From assembly GCA_002320665.1 (NCBI GenBank), contig DCKO01000025.1:21482-85481 (forward strand): a stretch of DNA of 64,000 bases. Direction: 5' to 3'. The position numbers and the translations under genes are program-made. Of this stretch, positions 47,193 through 58,112 are shown piece after piece; the stretch's first letter is position 1; each line of letters opens with the position of its first letter. This stretch comes from Micavibrio sp. UBA1672. GTDB lineage: Bacteria; Pseudomonadota; Alphaproteobacteria; Micavibrionales; Micavibrionaceae. The notes under the pieces were generated by a model. That model ran no database searches, had not been told where the DNA came from, and saw nothing but the letters and a program-made list of their open reading frames with translations.

Positions 47193-48050
47193 TCATTTAT
47201 CCCCACAGGAGATTTCCACAACCCGCGGCTGGCCTGCGATATCCACATGAACGCATCGTTCTGAAAATCCATAAGTTTCCGCGAGTCGCATCACATCGTC
47301 TTTCTGGTTATACCCAATTTCAAACAAGCCGTATTTGCCTTGAACCATGATATTTTTTAGACGTGAAAAAATTTCTTTGTATGGCGTTAATCCATCCTTG
47401 CCACCATCAAGTGCTAGAATCGGGTCATGATTCTTCACCTCGGCAGGCAGATTCTCTATGTCTTGATTCGAGATATAGGGCGGATTAGATACGACGAGAT
47501 CAAATTTATTTTCAAAATTTGTGTCCCAGCTTCCTTCTATAAATTTAATTTTGCTCTCCAAACCTAGATTTTTTGCATTTTCTTTGGCCACGGCCAGAGC
47601 CTTTTGAGAAATATCGAGGGCGACGCCATTGGCGTCAGGGAATTCTTTAAGCAAAGCCATCAGGATGCAGCCTGTTCCTGTGCCCATATCCAGAATTGTG
47701 TCCGGTGGATTATCTTTATAAAGCTCAATAGCGCGCTCGATAATAGTTTCCGTATCGGCTCTGGGGTCTAGTGTCTCTGGTGTAACCTTAAAATCCAGCC
47801 CCCAGAAAGAACCCACACCATAAATCCTTGAAATCGGCTTACCATTAAGCCGTTCGTTTAAATCTTGACGAATTAGTCTCAGTTGATCAGCCGAAATTTC
47901 TTTATCAGGATAAGCAATGATATCCGACCAGTCCAAACCTGTTCTGTTGTGAAGGATAATCCTCGCCTCTTGCGCGGCCACATCAGCATCTGCTGATTCC
48001 AGTTTTTTAGACAAAGAATCATACAATTGCTTTAAGGATGACGGAAGCAC
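47193..48050 (-). CDS. prmC: Release-factor glutamine N5-methyltransferase PrmC (HemK)
   Basis: SAM motif ILDMGTGTGCI and catalytic VVSNPPY, immediately after prfA. I took GTG 48050 as the start (1 nt after the prfA stop). The longest ORF reaches 48095. Confidence 0.9.
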   Translation of the reverse strand: MLPSSLKQLYDSLSKKLESADADVAAQEARIILHNRTGLDWSDIIAYPDKEISADQLRLIRQDLNERLNGKPISRIYGVGSFWGLDFKVTPETLDPRADTETIIERAIELYKDNPPDTILDMGTGTGCILMALLKEFPDANGVALDISQKALAVAKENAKNLGLESKIKFIEGSWDTNFENKFDLVVSNPPYISNQDIENLPAEVKNHDPILALDGGKDGLTPYKEIFSRLKNIMVQGKYGLFEIGYNQKDDVMRLAETYGFSERCVHVDIAGQPRVVEISCGDK

Positions 48051-48051
48051 C

Positions 48052-49116
48052 TTAATTCTCCAGAGAAGCCAGAGATGCAGCCTGATCCTCGGCAATCAGA
48101 GAATCAATAACTTCATCCAGAGCTTCGCCGCTCACCACTTCTTCCAATTTATAAAGTGTCAAATTAATGCGGTGATCTGTTAAGCGCCCTTGCGGATAGT
48201 TATAGGTACGAATTCGCTCGGAGCGGTCACCTGATCCAACTTGTGATTTACGATCTTCCGCGCGCTCATCGGCAAGTTGTTGACGCTGCAAATCGTAAAG
48301 GCGTGTTCTCAGGACTTTCATGGCTTTATCGCGGTTTTTGTGCTGGGATCGCTCTTCCTGCATTTCGACAACAACCCCCGTTGGAATATGTGTAAGCCGC
48401 ACGGCACTGTCGGTTGTGTTAACATGCTGACCACCCGCACCTTGAGAACGATACGTATCGACACGTAAGTCTTCGGTTCGGATTTCAATATCCACTTCCT
48501 CAGCCTCAGGTAGTACAGCCACTGTTGCCGCTGATGTATGTACCCGCCCCTGTGTTTCCGTTTTGGGCACGCGCTGCACGCGGTGCACACCTGATTCAAA
48601 CTTTAATTTCGAAAAAACATTTTGACCTGTGATCTGGGCGACAACCTCTTTATAACCGCCAATATCATTTTCGGAAGCCTCGAGCACCTCAACGCGCCAG
48701 CCCATTTTAGCAGCATAGCCCTTATACATGGTGAACAGATCAGCCGCAAAAAGTGCGGCCTCATCCCCGCCGGTTCCGGCTCTGATTTCTAAAATTGCGT
48801 TTTTGGTATCGGCCTCATCCTTTGGAATAAGAGCAAGCTTGATTTGTTGCTCCAATTCGGGAATACGTTTATCCAAGGCTAGTAATTCCTCCTTGGCCAT
48901 ATCCTTCATTTCCGGATCATTAAGAAGTTCTTGCAAATCCTGCTTTTCACTTTCAGCATTTCCCAATTCATCAATGGCTTCGACAACGGGGCTAAGCTCG
49001 GCGTATTCCATGGAAAGCTTGGTAAATTCATCTCCTGCCAGATTTCCGGCAGACATAAGCGCAGCCAATTCTTCGTGGCGTTTTTTGATCGTTGAGAGCT
49101 TTTCATTCATAGACAT
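48052..49116 (-). CDS. prfA: Peptide chain release factor 1
   Basis: PET-type recognition region ([14 protein letters not shown]) and the GGQ motif ([22 protein letters not shown]). Confidence 0.97.
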   Translation of the reverse strand: MSMNEKLSTIKKRHEELAALMSAGNLAGDEFTKLSMEYAELSPVVEAIDELGNAESEKQDLQELLNDPEMKDMAKEELLALDKRIPELEQQIKLALIPKDEADTKNAILEIRAGTGGDEAALFAADLFTMYKGYAAKMGWRVEVLEASENDIGGYKEVVAQITGQNVFSKLKFESGVHRVQRVPKTETQGRVHTSAATVAVLPEAEEVDIEIRTEDLRVDTYRSQGAGGQHVNTTDSAVRLTHIPTGVVVEMQEERSQHKNRDKAMKVLRTRLYDLQRQQLADERAEDRKSQVGSGDRSERIRTYNYPQGRLTDHRINLTLYKLEEVVSGEALDEVIDSLIAEDQAASLASLEN

Positions 49117-49227
49117 TTTATTTTTGTTTTCTTGCCTGTTTGTTAACCAAATTCCCTTACAAGTACTTAAGGGGAATTACATACGTGAAGTTGACACGTC
49201 AATAAAGAAAATAATGGCAGTTCTTTT

Positions 49228-49776
49228 ATGAATAATATTGATATCGCATTTCTGACAGAAATAATTGGCTATACCGCCCTGTTCTTCGGGCTTCTTTCTT
49301 TTCAATTTAAAAGCGGCAAAAAAATATTAGCTTTGCAGGCTGTGATGTGTTTTTTTTGGTATTCTCATTATGCCTTAAGTGGCGCTTATGTTGGTGCGTT
49401 TATGGCAGCTGTCGGCTTTTTTAGAAACGGTTTGGCGTGTGTTCTTCCTGATAAATACATTAAAAAACTGGCTATAATTTCTTCTATTATTGCCTTAGCC
49501 ATCGGATTTTCAGTGGCTGAGTCTTATATATATTTGACGGCAATGTTTGGAACTTTATTGAATAACGTGTCTGTTTTAAAAAGAAACAAACCAGCCCAAC
49601 TAAGAATTTTCCGTATCATTTCAGAATTTTTCTGGCTGACTTATTCTATATCTGTTTTATCTGTTCCAGGTATGATCTTTGGCATTTCCCTAATTAGCTC
49701 TAATATAATCGGGTTTTTCAGGCATGAAAAAGATTTCATTAGACATTATAAAGCAGGCCTTATTCAGAAGAACTAG
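49228..49776 (+). CDS. YgjV-like inner membrane protein
   Basis: 182 aa and ~5 TM helices. The N-terminal pattern IGYTALFFGLLSFQFKSGKKILALQAVMCFFWYSHYALSGA resembles the YgjV family. Confidence 0.5.
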   Translation: MNNIDIAFLTEIIGYTALFFGLLSFQFKSGKKILALQAVMCFFWYSHYALSGAYVGAFMAAVGFFRNGLACVLPDKYIKKLAIISSIIALAIGFSVAESYIYLTAMFGTLLNNVSVLKRNKPAQLRIFRIISEFFWLTYSISVLSVPGMIFGISLISSNIIGFFRHEKDFIRHYKAGLIQKN

Positions 49777-50674
49777 GCTCCTCTTGCAATTCGAATTGCA
49801 TCAAGTGATCAACGTTCAAAGGTATGTTACGGCGCACTTGTGATTTTTTGCCCAAGGGCTGCAGAGCCTTACCGTTCACAACAATTTCTACTCCTCCAGC
49901 ATTCCCCAGCGACATTGTAAGACCGGGACTATCGGGCACAAAATACTGATCACCTGTTTTCAAGACCTCAGATACCAGAATTTTTCGGTTCTGGTCTTTA
50001 ATTTCGACCCAGCTATCCTCCTTGATGTTCAGGATGATACCTTTTTTATTGACCACTTCTTCTGGCGCTACAGAATTATCCTCAATCACCATCTCGGTTT
50101 CATCTGCACTTTCTTCATTTAAAACACTGACATTTTTAGGCACTTGTTCAAGTACTGATGCCTCTTCCTTTATTATATCTTCCGGTTCATTCAGCAAGTT
50201 ACTGGAACGCGCCTCTACACGCTCTGGAACAGGTGGAATATATTCAATTGCCGTACGATCATTATATTGTAATGACGTCCAATAATATATGCCTGCACCG
50301 ACCATTATTAGTGATAATAAGACAAGCCAGAATGCTGGTACTTTGCTTTCTTCTGCAGGTATAGGCAAAGATGGTTTTTCATTCGCAACATTGCTTAAAT
50401 ATTGCCTTTTGAACATATCAACGGCTTGATCACCATCAAGATCAAGATACTCGGCGTAGCTACGTACAAAGCCAATTGCATAAACGCGTCCCGGCAGCTT
50501 TTCAATATCTCCATTTTCAATGGCCTCAATCTGGCATTCACGAATTCGGAGTGTTCTTTCAATATCTTGGAGGCTTTGTTCGTAATGCACGCGCGTAGCA
50601 CGCAAAATTTCCCCGATAGTTTGTTCCTTACCGGCATAATTTTCGGTTTCTAGCGCCTGAGCTTGCTCTGCCAT
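49760..50674 (-). CDS. rodZ: RodZ-like cytoskeleton protein (HTH + TM + DUF4115)
   Basis: N-terminal XRE-type HTH (IGEILRATRVHYEQSLQDIERTLRIRECQIEAIENG...GFVRSYAEYL), a single TM, and a C-terminal beta domain (SWVEIKDQNRKILVSEVLKTGDQYFVP...GNAGGVEIVVNG). Confidence 0.75.
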   Translation of the reverse strand: MAEQAQALETENYAGKEQTIGEILRATRVHYEQSLQDIERTLRIRECQIEAIENGDIEKLPGRVYAIGFVRSYAEYLDLDGDQAVDMFKRQYLSNVANEKPSLPIPAEESKVPAFWLVLLSLIMVGAGIYYWTSLQYNDRTAIEYIPPVPERVEARSSNLLNEPEDIIKEEASVLEQVPKNVSVLNEESADETEMVIEDNSVAPEEVVNKKGIILNIKEDSWVEIKDQNRKILVSEVLKTGDQYFVPDSPGLTMSLGNAGGVEIVVNGKALQPLGKKSQVRRNIPLNVDHLMQFELQEEPSSSE

Positions 50675-50702
50675 AACAGAGCATATCTTACATTATTTCT
50701 GG

Positions 50703-51929
50703 CTAATCTTCCAGCCCATATGCAGCATGAAGCGAACGAACTGCGAGTTCTGTGTAATCTTCTTCGATCAGTACACTGATTTTGATTTCAGACGTCGATA
50801 TAACCTCAATATTTATGCCCTTATCTGCCAAAGTCTGGAACATGGTATTAGCCACACCGGCATGGCTTTTCATACCAATTCCAACCACAGAAATCTTGGC
50901 TACATTTTCATTAACGGCAATATCCTGATAGTTAAGCGTCACATCATCCTTGAGGACTTTCTTAGCGCGCTCAAGATCTGTACGCGGCACAGTAAATGTC
51001 ATGTCGGTCAAGCCATCTTGAGATATGTTCTGAACGATCATATCAACATTGATGGCTGCGGCGGCCAATGGCTTGAAGAGTTTTGCAGCTACGCCGGGCA
51101 CGTCTTCCACGCCGATTACTGTTATTTTAGATTCATCTTTCTGGTGGGCAATGCCACTAACGAGTTCCTGTTCCACGATATCTTCCTCTTTCGTCACTAA
51201 TGTTCCTTTACGGTCACTGCCGATAAACTCTCCAAAGCTGGAGAGCACCTGTATTGGCACGCCGCTTTTTGCACCCATTTCAACAGAGCGCGTTTGCAAA
51301 ACTTTGCTTCCCAAGGATGCAAGTTCGAGCATTTCCTCATAGGAAATTTTATTTAACTTGCGCGCTTTGGGTGCAATTCTGGGATCAGCGGTATAAACGC
51401 CATCAACATCGGTATAGATATCACAACGATCAGCTTCAAGTGCAGCAGCGACTGCTACGGCGGAGGTATCTGATCCACCGCGTCCCAATGTTGATATTCT
51501 GTTTTGTGCGGTGACACCTTGGAATCCCGGTACAACAACGACCTCTCCTGCTTCAAGGCGCTTATTAATCTCGGCTGTATCAATATCCTCAATACGGGCC
51601 TTACCATGAACATTATTTGTCTTAATTGGAATCTGCCAGCCAAGCCAAGACCGCGCAGTGATTCCCCTTTTCTGAAGGGCCATCGCCATCAAACCTGCCG
51701 TGATCTGCTCACCACTGGAGACAACCGTGTCATATTCTCGTACATCATGCATGGGGCTAATTTCCGTGCAATAGCCGACCAGTCTGTTTGTAACGCCGGA
51801 CATAGCAGAAACAACGACTGCAACCTTATTACCCGCTTCAACTTCCTTAACGATTTTGCCAGCAGCATTTTCGATGCGTTCAATATCTGCTACCGATGTG
51901 CCACCAAATTTTGCAACTATTACAGCCAT
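50703..51929 (-). CDS. lysC: Aspartate kinase
   Basis: IVAKFGGTSVADIERI, VVSAMSGVTN, LGRGGSDTSAVAVAAAL, and two C-terminal ACT domains. Confidence 0.95.
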   Translation of the reverse strand: MAVIVAKFGGTSVADIERIENAAGKIVKEVEAGNKVAVVVSAMSGVTNRLVGYCTEISPMHDVREYDTVVSSGEQITAGLMAMALQKRGITARSWLGWQIPIKTNNVHGKARIEDIDTAEINKRLEAGEVVVVPGFQGVTAQNRISTLGRGGSDTSAVAVAAALEADRCDIYTDVDGVYTADPRIAPKARKLNKISYEEMLELASLGSKVLQTRSVEMGAKSGVPIQVLSSFGEFIGSDRKGTLVTKEEDIVEQELVSGIAHQKDESKITVIGVEDVPGVAAKLFKPLAAAAINVDMIVQNISQDGLTDMTFTVPRTDLERAKKVLKDDVTLNYQDIAVNENVAKISVVGIGMKSHAGVANTMFQTLADKGINIEVISTSEIKISVLIEEDYTELAVRSLHAAYGLED

Positions 51930-52015
51930 ATTTTCTCAGCTCTTTATTTATACTCTTGTTTTTACAAAGAAGGTTATCCATACTGTTATTAAAATAAAAA
52001 ATCAAAGAGAATGTG

Positions 52016-52753
52016 ATGAATACGGCGCAAAAAACCACAATAAATGCCGAAGAGATTGAACATTTTTCCAAAACATCGGATCAATGGTGGGATGAAAACG
52101 GTCCTTTCAAACCTTTGCATAGATTAAACCCTGTTCGGATAAAGTATATTAAAGACCAGATCTGTACGCATTTTGATATTGATCCAGATAAGGCTCAACC
52201 ATTTAAGAACCTAAAGATTTTGGATATAGGTTGCGGCGGTGGCTTGGTTTGTGAACCTATGGCGCGTCTAGGCGCAAAAACCAGTGGTATTGATGCCGAT
52301 CAGAAGGCTATTGCTTGTGCAAAAGAACATGCCACACTTCAAGACCTTGATATTGAATATATTTGCGGTGATGCTGCTGACTTAAAACAAAAATACGATG
52401 TTGTACTCGCACTTGAGATTATCGAGCATGTTAATACGCCGTGCGAATTTGTCTCTATATGCAAAACGCTTTTGAAGCCGGATAGCATTGTTATTTTCTC
52501 GACCTTGAACAGGACTGCAAAATCCTATGCGCTTGGTATTGTGGCAGCAGAATATATCTTGCGTTGGGTGCCGACCGGGACGCATTCATGGAAAAAATTT
52601 ATCAAGCCATCTGAACTGGCACGTTTTGCACGGGCACAAAATTTTGATATAATAGATGTGTCTGGGTTAATATTTAATCCGATCAAAAATGAATTTTGTT
52701 TGTCAGAGAATGATCTTGATGTGAATTATTTTATGAGTGTAAGGAATGCATAA
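52016..52753 (+). CDS. ubiG: Ubiquinone biosynthesis O-methyltransferase UbiG
   Basis: EEIEHFSKTSDQWWDENGPFKPLHRLNPVRIKYI, SAM motif ILDIGCGGGLVCEPMARLGA, and EIIEHV. The start is ATG 52016 (GTG 52013 is also possible). Confidence 0.9.
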   Translation: MNTAQKTTINAEEIEHFSKTSDQWWDENGPFKPLHRLNPVRIKYIKDQICTHFDIDPDKAQPFKNLKILDIGCGGGLVCEPMARLGAKTSGIDADQKAIACAKEHATLQDLDIEYICGDAADLKQKYDVVLALEIIEHVNTPCEFVSICKTLLKPDSIVIFSTLNRTAKSYALGIVAAEYILRWVPTGTHSWKKFIKPSELARFARAQNFDIIDVSGLIFNPIKNEFCLSENDLDVNYFMSVRNA

Positions 52754-52954
52754 ATGAATACATTTTTACTGACTATTACCCTGATTGCGATGCTGCTGGT
52801 TGTTGTTGTATTGGTTATTGGTATGGTTGCCATGGTCAAAGGCGGCGAATTCAATACAAAATACGGGAACAAACTCATGCAAGCCCGCGTTATCTTGCAA
52901 GGTGTGGCTTTGGGTTTTATTGCCATTGCTTTTATGGCTACTCATGGGTCATAA
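52754..52954 (+). CDS. Twin-transmembrane-helix small protein (HIG1-domain-like)
   Basis: 66 aa with two TM helices and an NKLMQARVILQGVAL motif, as in the bacterial HIG1 family. Its start abuts the ubiG stop (TAAATG). Confidence 0.65.
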   Translation: MNTFLLTITLIAMLLVVVVLVIGMVAMVKGGEFNTKYGNKLMQARVILQGVALGFIAIAFMATHGS

Positions 52955-52993
52955 TCCCGTTTCCTTTTCTGTTTTTTCTAACGGAGTTTTTCT

Positions 52994-53758
52994 ATGAAAA
53001 TTTTAGTGCCTATCAAACGTGTTGTTGATTATAACGTCAAAATTAGAGTCAAATCCGATCAAAGCGGTGTTGATCTTGCCAATGTAAAAATGTCGGTTAA
53101 TCCCTTTGACGAGATTGCCGTTGAAGAAGCTGTGCGTTTGAAAGAGGCCGGAAAAGCAACTGAAATTGTTGCTGTAACTATCGGCCCTGAAAAGGCGCAA
53201 GAACAACTTCGTACAGCTATGGCTGTGGGGGCGGATCGCGGAATTTTGGTTCAAACAGACCAGCCGATTGATTTAGGCGGTGTTGAGCCTTTAGCGGTTG
53301 CAAAAACGCTTAAGGCCATCATTGAGAAAGAAAGCCCTGATCTTGTTATTATGGGCAAGCAATCAATTGATGATGATTCCAACCAGACCGGCCAGATGCT
53401 TGCCGCCCTTTTGGGGTGGGCGCAAGGGACTTTTGCTTCCAAGCTTGAGATTGAAGATAGTAGCGCCAAAGTTACGCGTGAGATTGATGGCGGGCTGGAG
53501 ACAATTTCTGTAAATCTTCCAGCGATTGTGACCACAGATTTACGCCTGAACGAGCCACGCTATGCGAAACTGCCTGATATTATGAAGGCCAAGAAAAAGC
53601 AGCTGGATGTTCTAGACCCATCCGAGCTCGGGTTTTCTTATGAGCCACGCCTGAATGTGGTTAGCGTTAGCGAGCCGGAAGAGCGCAAAGGCGGCATTAA
53701 GGTGGCTTCTGTGGATGAGTTGATCGAGAAGCTTAAGAACGAAGCCAAAGTTATTTAA
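52994..53758 (+). CDS. etfB: Electron transfer flavoprotein beta subunit
   Basis: [19 protein letters not shown]...[16 protein letters not shown]...[17 protein letters not shown]. Confidence 0.95.
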   Translation: MKILVPIKRVVDYNVKIRVKSDQSGVDLANVKMSVNPFDEIAVEEAVRLKEAGKATEIVAVTIGPEKAQEQLRTAMAVGADRGILVQTDQPIDLGGVEPLAVAKTLKAIIEKESPDLVIMGKQSIDDDSNQTGQMLAALLGWAQGTFASKLEIEDSSAKVTREIDGGLETISVNLPAIVTTDLRLNEPRYAKLPDIMKAKKKQLDVLDPSELGFSYEPRLNVVSVSEPEERKGGIKVASVDELIEKLKNEAKVI

Positions 53759-53771
53759 GGGGGATATTAAA

Positions 53772-54701
53772 ATGAGCATATTAATTTTAGCAGAACATGA
53801 TGGAAAAGAACTTTCGCCTGTGACTTTGAACGTTATTGGGGCAGCCACTAAAATCGGCGGTGATATTCATATTCTGGTTTGCGGTAAGGATTGTGATTCA
53901 ATCGCCCAAGCTGCGGCCTCTATTTCTAGTGTTTCCAAAGTTATTAAGGCCGATAATGAAGTTTTAGAACATCATCTTGCCGAAAATATTGCACCAATTA
54001 TTGTTGATCTAGCCAAGGATTACACCCATGTGCTCGCCCCTGCTACGACATTTGGCAAGAATATCCTGCCACGGGCTGCGGCTTTGCTAGATGTTCAACA
54101 AATATCGGATATTATCGTCATAGAGGATGCCGAGACCTTTAAGCGTCCGGTTTATGCGGGTAATGCCATAGCAACAGTAAAGTCCTCAGATTCTATTAAA
54201 TTAATTACAGTGCGCGGTACGAATTTTGATCCGGTAGAGGCCGCAGGCGGCTCGGCATCTGTTGAAGAATACAGTGTCACGGCATCTCAAGATTTATCCT
54301 CTTTTGTTTCGGCGGAGCTTTCTGAATCCGAGCGGCCTGAGCTGACCAGTGCGAAAGTTGTAGTGTCTGGTGGGCGCGGTGTTGGTTCCGAGGAAAAATT
54401 CGAGCTTATCGAGCAGCTAGCCGACAAACTAGGCGGCGCGGTTGGCGCTTCGCGCGCAGCAGTTGATGCTGGCTATGTTCCCAATGATTATCAGGTTGGA
54501 CAAACCGGTAAAGTTGTTGCTCCGGAACTCTATATCGCGGTCGGGATATCCGGTGCAATCCAGCATTTGGCAGGAATGAAAGATTCCAAAGTGATTGTTG
54601 CTATCAATAGAGATGAAGACGCGCCAATCTTTTCTGTCGCTGATTATGGCCTTGTCGCTGATTTGTTTGACGCCGTGCCGGAATTGATTGAAAAATTGTG
54701 A
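53772..54701 (+). CDS. etfA: Electron transfer flavoprotein alpha subunit
   Basis: ILAEHDG..., [52 protein letters not shown]. Confidence 0.95.
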   Translation: MSILILAEHDGKELSPVTLNVIGAATKIGGDIHILVCGKDCDSIAQAAASISSVSKVIKADNEVLEHHLAENIAPIIVDLAKDYTHVLAPATTFGKNILPRAAALLDVQQISDIIVIEDAETFKRPVYAGNAIATVKSSDSIKLITVRGTNFDPVEAAGGSASVEEYSVTASQDLSSFVSAELSESERPELTSAKVVVSGGRGVGSEEKFELIEQLADKLGGAVGASRAAVDAGYVPNDYQVGQTGKVVAPELYIAVGISGAIQHLAGMKDSKVIVAINRDEDAPIFSVADYGLVADLFDAVPELIEKL

Positions 54702-54777
54702 TTTTCTTGCACAACCGATAATAAAGCATATATATTCTTTCATATAAACTTAAATATTAATTTACAAGGTGGTATTT

Positions 54778-55029
54778 ATGACTGATTACTGGGTGTCTAT
54801 ACAAAGAGATAGAAATAGGTCCGAAACTGCATTATTTTCTAATTTTAGAAAAAAAGCTGGTGATCTAGGCATCAATACTCTTACGCACGAGCCTACAGAT
54901 AACCGTATTAATGCCAAAGTTAGCTTTGATGGGAGTGTTGATGAACTTGCTCAAAAAGTAGCTAGTATTACTGGTGACACCGCTACGGTTTCAACAAAGC
55001 GGGACACCGTGTTTTTGACGCCGATTTAG
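54778..55029 (+). CDS. Hypothetical small protein (83 aa)
   Basis: AAGGTGG RBS 6 nt before ATG 54778. It lies in an AT-rich interval. I recognised no motif. Confidence 0.35.
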   Translation: MTDYWVSIQRDRNRSETALFSNFRKKAGDLGINTLTHEPTDNRINAKVSFDGSVDELAQKVASITGDTATVSTKRDTVFLTPI

Positions 55030-55084
55030 AACAATTTCAAAACTGGTTAATCTTCTTTTTAATTTAATATACAAATTAATAGTT

Positions 55085-55861
55085 ATGTCTAGTATTTTTG
55101 GCTCATTATTCAATAGAGAAGATAAAGATAGAGGCCCTATTGGTAAAAAAGACTATGAAAGGGGTTTGAGAAGCTTTTCTGTTAAGCTCTTGGAGAGTCC
55201 TGATCAACTTCCGGATTCTATATATCAATGTTATGAGCCTGATCCACATAAAGCGCAACTTTCTGTACTTTTTGCCTTACAAACGGGATGCTATGATGCG
55301 GGCTTAATGATGTACCACCCATTAGATAATCCCGCTTCACCATCAATTAATCATATACAAGTGATGATACGAGATAATTATGATTACAGCACAGCAACAC
55401 ATATAGATACAAAAATAGAAACTTCAGCTGAAAGGCATTATATCAGCCAAAAAGACACTTTGGCGTGCCTCAATAACATTTCGGAGGGGCACAGTACATA
55501 TATCGTTCACCCTGATGATATTACGTGGACAGATTTTGATGCAGAAAATGATAAGTTTAATTATGTATTCAATAAACCGCATGTAGATTTTCTGGAGCTA
55601 CCATCATTTATGCAGCTTTATTTACCTTTCTATAGAGGGTCCGGCAAAGGGTTGGTTCATGCTCCTGCCTGCTTGACTGAAGGCACTGCCCCGCTTAGAA
55701 AAATTGATATAACACAAATCTCAATCAACCATCAAAACCTTAGTACTGAGGATATAAAATTTCAAACCCGTTTTTATGAAATGTTGGAGCAAGATCCACG
55801 TCATCAGCATGCTAAAATGAAACATGAGAATACCGAGAGAAATTTAGAGCTGGATTTTTAG
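55085..55861 (+). CDS. Hypothetical protein (258 aa)
   Basis: Long AT-rich ORF with no signal peptide or TM and no recognised motif. Its 3' end overlaps the converging pentapeptide gene by 4 nt. Confidence 0.45.
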   Translation: MSSIFGSLFNREDKDRGPIGKKDYERGLRSFSVKLLESPDQLPDSIYQCYEPDPHKAQLSVLFALQTGCYDAGLMMYHPLDNPASPSINHIQVMIRDNYDYSTATHIDTKIETSAERHYISQKDTLACLNNISEGHSTYIVHPDDITWTDFDAENDKFNYVFNKPHVDFLELPSFMQLYLPFYRGSGKGLVHAPACLTEGTAPLRKIDITQISINHQNLSTEDIKFQTRFYEMLEQDPRHQHAKMKHENTERNLELDF

Positions 55862-57150
55862 CCTTCTTTCTCTTTTAGCCTGAAAACTGGACGGGATTCA
55901 TCGCGGTCGAATTTCGCACCCGTTGTTATTGCATCATCCAGATTAGCTCCATCAAGCTTAGCCCCTGTGAAATCCGCATTAGAGAGGTCTGCACCTGTGA
56001 AATCCGCTTGTGCCAAGTCTGCATTGATAAACAATGAATCCTTTAGGTTTGCATTTGTAAAATCTGCATAGCGCATTTTGGCTTCTGTGAAATCACATGG
56101 ATTAAATCGACTTGTTCCACCAGCGCCTAAAAGAAGCGCAGAGCAATCTACGCCCTTAAGCGAAGCATGAGAAAAATTACAGCTTTTGAAAGATGAACCG
56201 CGTAAATCGGCATCTTCCATATCACATTTACGGAAATCCGATCCGTCCAGAACAGCGCTTTGTAACTGTATTTTATATAGATTCATCCCAAAAAACTTGG
56301 CAAGCGGCGCTTTGATAGCCGTCATACGCTCCATTTTTAAAGAGCCAAGTACGCGTAAATCAATATTACTTAAATCAAGCTGTGCACCTGTTTTTCCTTT
56401 AGTGGCAAGCCATTCTTTGTGTTCTTCGAGCAATTGCGGTAAGGGTTTACCCAGATCAGCGACCGATTGTCCGACATTTTCATCTGTGATTGCGCTGGAT
56501 AAATCAATGCCCTGATCTTTCAAGTGATCCAGTTTGATACCTGTCAAGATAGCGGAAGATATATTTGCACCTTCCAACTTTGCCCCGCCAATATCGGCAT
56601 TGGATAAGTCAGCACCTTCTAAAGATGCCCCTTTTAGGTCGGCATTGGACACATTCGCTCCCACCATCATGGCATCAGAAAAGTCAGCTTTTGAAGCCAT
56701 AGAGCCAACTAGTTTTGCGCCGCTTAGGTTTGCGCCTCTAAAATTCACGGCTTGCGGATAGGCATACTCGCCTTCTCCGGCAATGCCACCGACCCGTAAA
56801 TCTGCTGATTCCAAATCGGCTCCCTCCAGATTAGCATCTTCAATTCTTGCGCCACGCAGGTCAGAGCGGACAAACTTTGTCTGATATAGGTTTGATCGAC
56901 TTAAATTACAGGCATATAGTGTTGCTTGCTCGAAATTGGTATAGGATAAATCCATATCCGACATGTCGCAGCCAGTAAAATTGGCCTGACTTAAATTTTT
57001 TCTGTTTAGGGAAAGGCCACTTAAATCAGTACTTTCCAAATGCGCACGACGCCCGCCGATCCGACCTTCCAGAAAACGGTTATGAAGATCAACTAGAGCG
57101 TTAAGCTGTTCTTGAGAAATCTTTTCAAGACCATCTTTTTCTGAAGGCAT
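55858..57150 (-). CDS. Pentapeptide-repeat protein with two repeat modules
   Basis: Dozens of A(D/N)LxG-type pentapeptides (ANLEGADLESADL, ADLKGASLEGADLSNADIGGAKLEGANI, ADFTGADLSNADFTGAKLDGANL). Each of the two blocks is preceded by a similar helix (LVDLHNRFLEGRIGGRRAHL and LLEEHKEWLATKGKTGAQLDL). Confidence 0.85.
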   Translation of the reverse strand: MPSEKDGLEKISQEQLNALVDLHNRFLEGRIGGRRAHLESTDLSGLSLNRKNLSQANFTGCDMSDMDLSYTNFEQATLYACNLSRSNLYQTKFVRSDLRGARIEDANLEGADLESADLRVGGIAGEGEYAYPQAVNFRGANLSGAKLVGSMASKADFSDAMMVGANVSNADLKGASLEGADLSNADIGGAKLEGANISSAILTGIKLDHLKDQGIDLSSAITDENVGQSVADLGKPLPQLLEEHKEWLATKGKTGAQLDLSNIDLRVLGSLKMERMTAIKAPLAKFFGMNLYKIQLQSAVLDGSDFRKCDMEDADLRGSSFKSCNFSHASLKGVDCSALLLGAGGTSRFNPCDFTEAKMRYADFTNANLKDSLFINADLAQADFTGADLSNADFTGAKLDGANLDDAITTGAKFDRDESRPVFRLKEKEG

Positions 57151-57263
57151 TTTTGAACTTTCCGATACTAAAGGTTTTTAGTGCTAACCAAGACAGAACT
57201 CATGTTTAAGTAACTCAGAATATCATATTTTTTATTAAGAAAACCCTACGCAAAAGGCATTTT

Positions 57264-57857
57264 TTAATAAACATTTTGAAAATATAGCAGAAAATCAAAA
57301 ATATCCTTATTCTGCCAAAAAGCTTCACCTTGAATAACGTATATGATTCTACCTGTATCTGTGACAATAAAAGTTGTAGGCAATTTAATAACGTTCAAAT
57401 TATCCTGAATTTTGTTTTTATGATCGTAATAAGAAGCAAATGTTCCAAGGTCATATCTATCTATGAAATTAATTACCTTTTCCAGATTATCATTCGTATC
57501 GATAGAAATTGCCATAACTTCCCATGGTGCACGGGCAAATTGTAGATGCAGCCTCAATTTCTTGAGTGACGGTAACTCCTTAACACAGGGTGCGCACCAT
57601 GTTGCCCATACATTCACGACTAGATATTTCCCTCTGTAATCGCGAAATGTTTTTTCTTCTCCTATAGGGTCTAAAAAAGGGATATCTGAAATAAATATCT
57701 TGTCATCAAGTTTTTTAAAATCCTTGAAATAGGTTACGATTTGTTTTTCCTTTACTCGTAAATCCCTGACGCTTTTTGCCCAGTAGAAAAAAGACAAGCA
57801 CGATAAGAAGAAAAACAGAGCAATCCAGAAGAAGTATTTTTGAAACCAGCCTTGCAT
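57264..57857 (-). CDS. TlpA/ResA-like membrane-anchored thiol:disulfide oxidoreductase
   Basis: N-terminal TM and a thioredoxin-fold WATWCAPCVKELPSL CxxC motif. Confidence 0.8.
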   Translation of the reverse strand: MQGWFQKYFFWIALFFFLSCLSFFYWAKSVRDLRVKEKQIVTYFKDFKKLDDKIFISDIPFLDPIGEEKTFRDYRGKYLVVNVWATWCAPCVKELPSLKKLRLHLQFARAPWEVMAISIDTNDNLEKVINFIDRYDLGTFASYYDHKNKIQDNLNVIKLPTTFIVTDTGRIIYVIQGEAFWQNKDIFDFLLYFQNVY

Positions 57858-57950
57858 ATTAATTTTGTATTTTTGTTATAATTAAATTTAGGTATTTTCT
57901 TTTATTGCTTCACAAGATAGATATTATGCTTGGTTTGAAAGGAAATTTAA

Positions 57951-58103
57951 ATGAAAAATCTAAAATTGCATATTCTGGTCTTATTTCTTGCTATTGGACT
58001 GGCTGGATGTGGTGTTAAGCCGTCTTCGGTTGATGCCCCGCAAGGCAATGATCAGGATAGTTTCCCGCATACCTACCCTAATGAAGAAACACGTGAAGAA
58101 TAA
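57951..58103 (+). CDS. Small lipoprotein (50 aa) upstream of lysA
   Basis: Not in the ORF track. My manual translation is MKNLKLHILVLFLAIGLAGCGVKPSSVDAPQGNDQDSFPHTYPNEETREE, with lipobox LAGC. Its position before lysA matches the small lipoprotein gene common in proteobacteria. Confidence 0.55.
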   Translation: MKNLKLHILVLFLAIGLAGCGVKPSSVDAPQGNDQDSFPHTYPNEETREE

Positions 58104-58112
58104 TAGCCAGCT

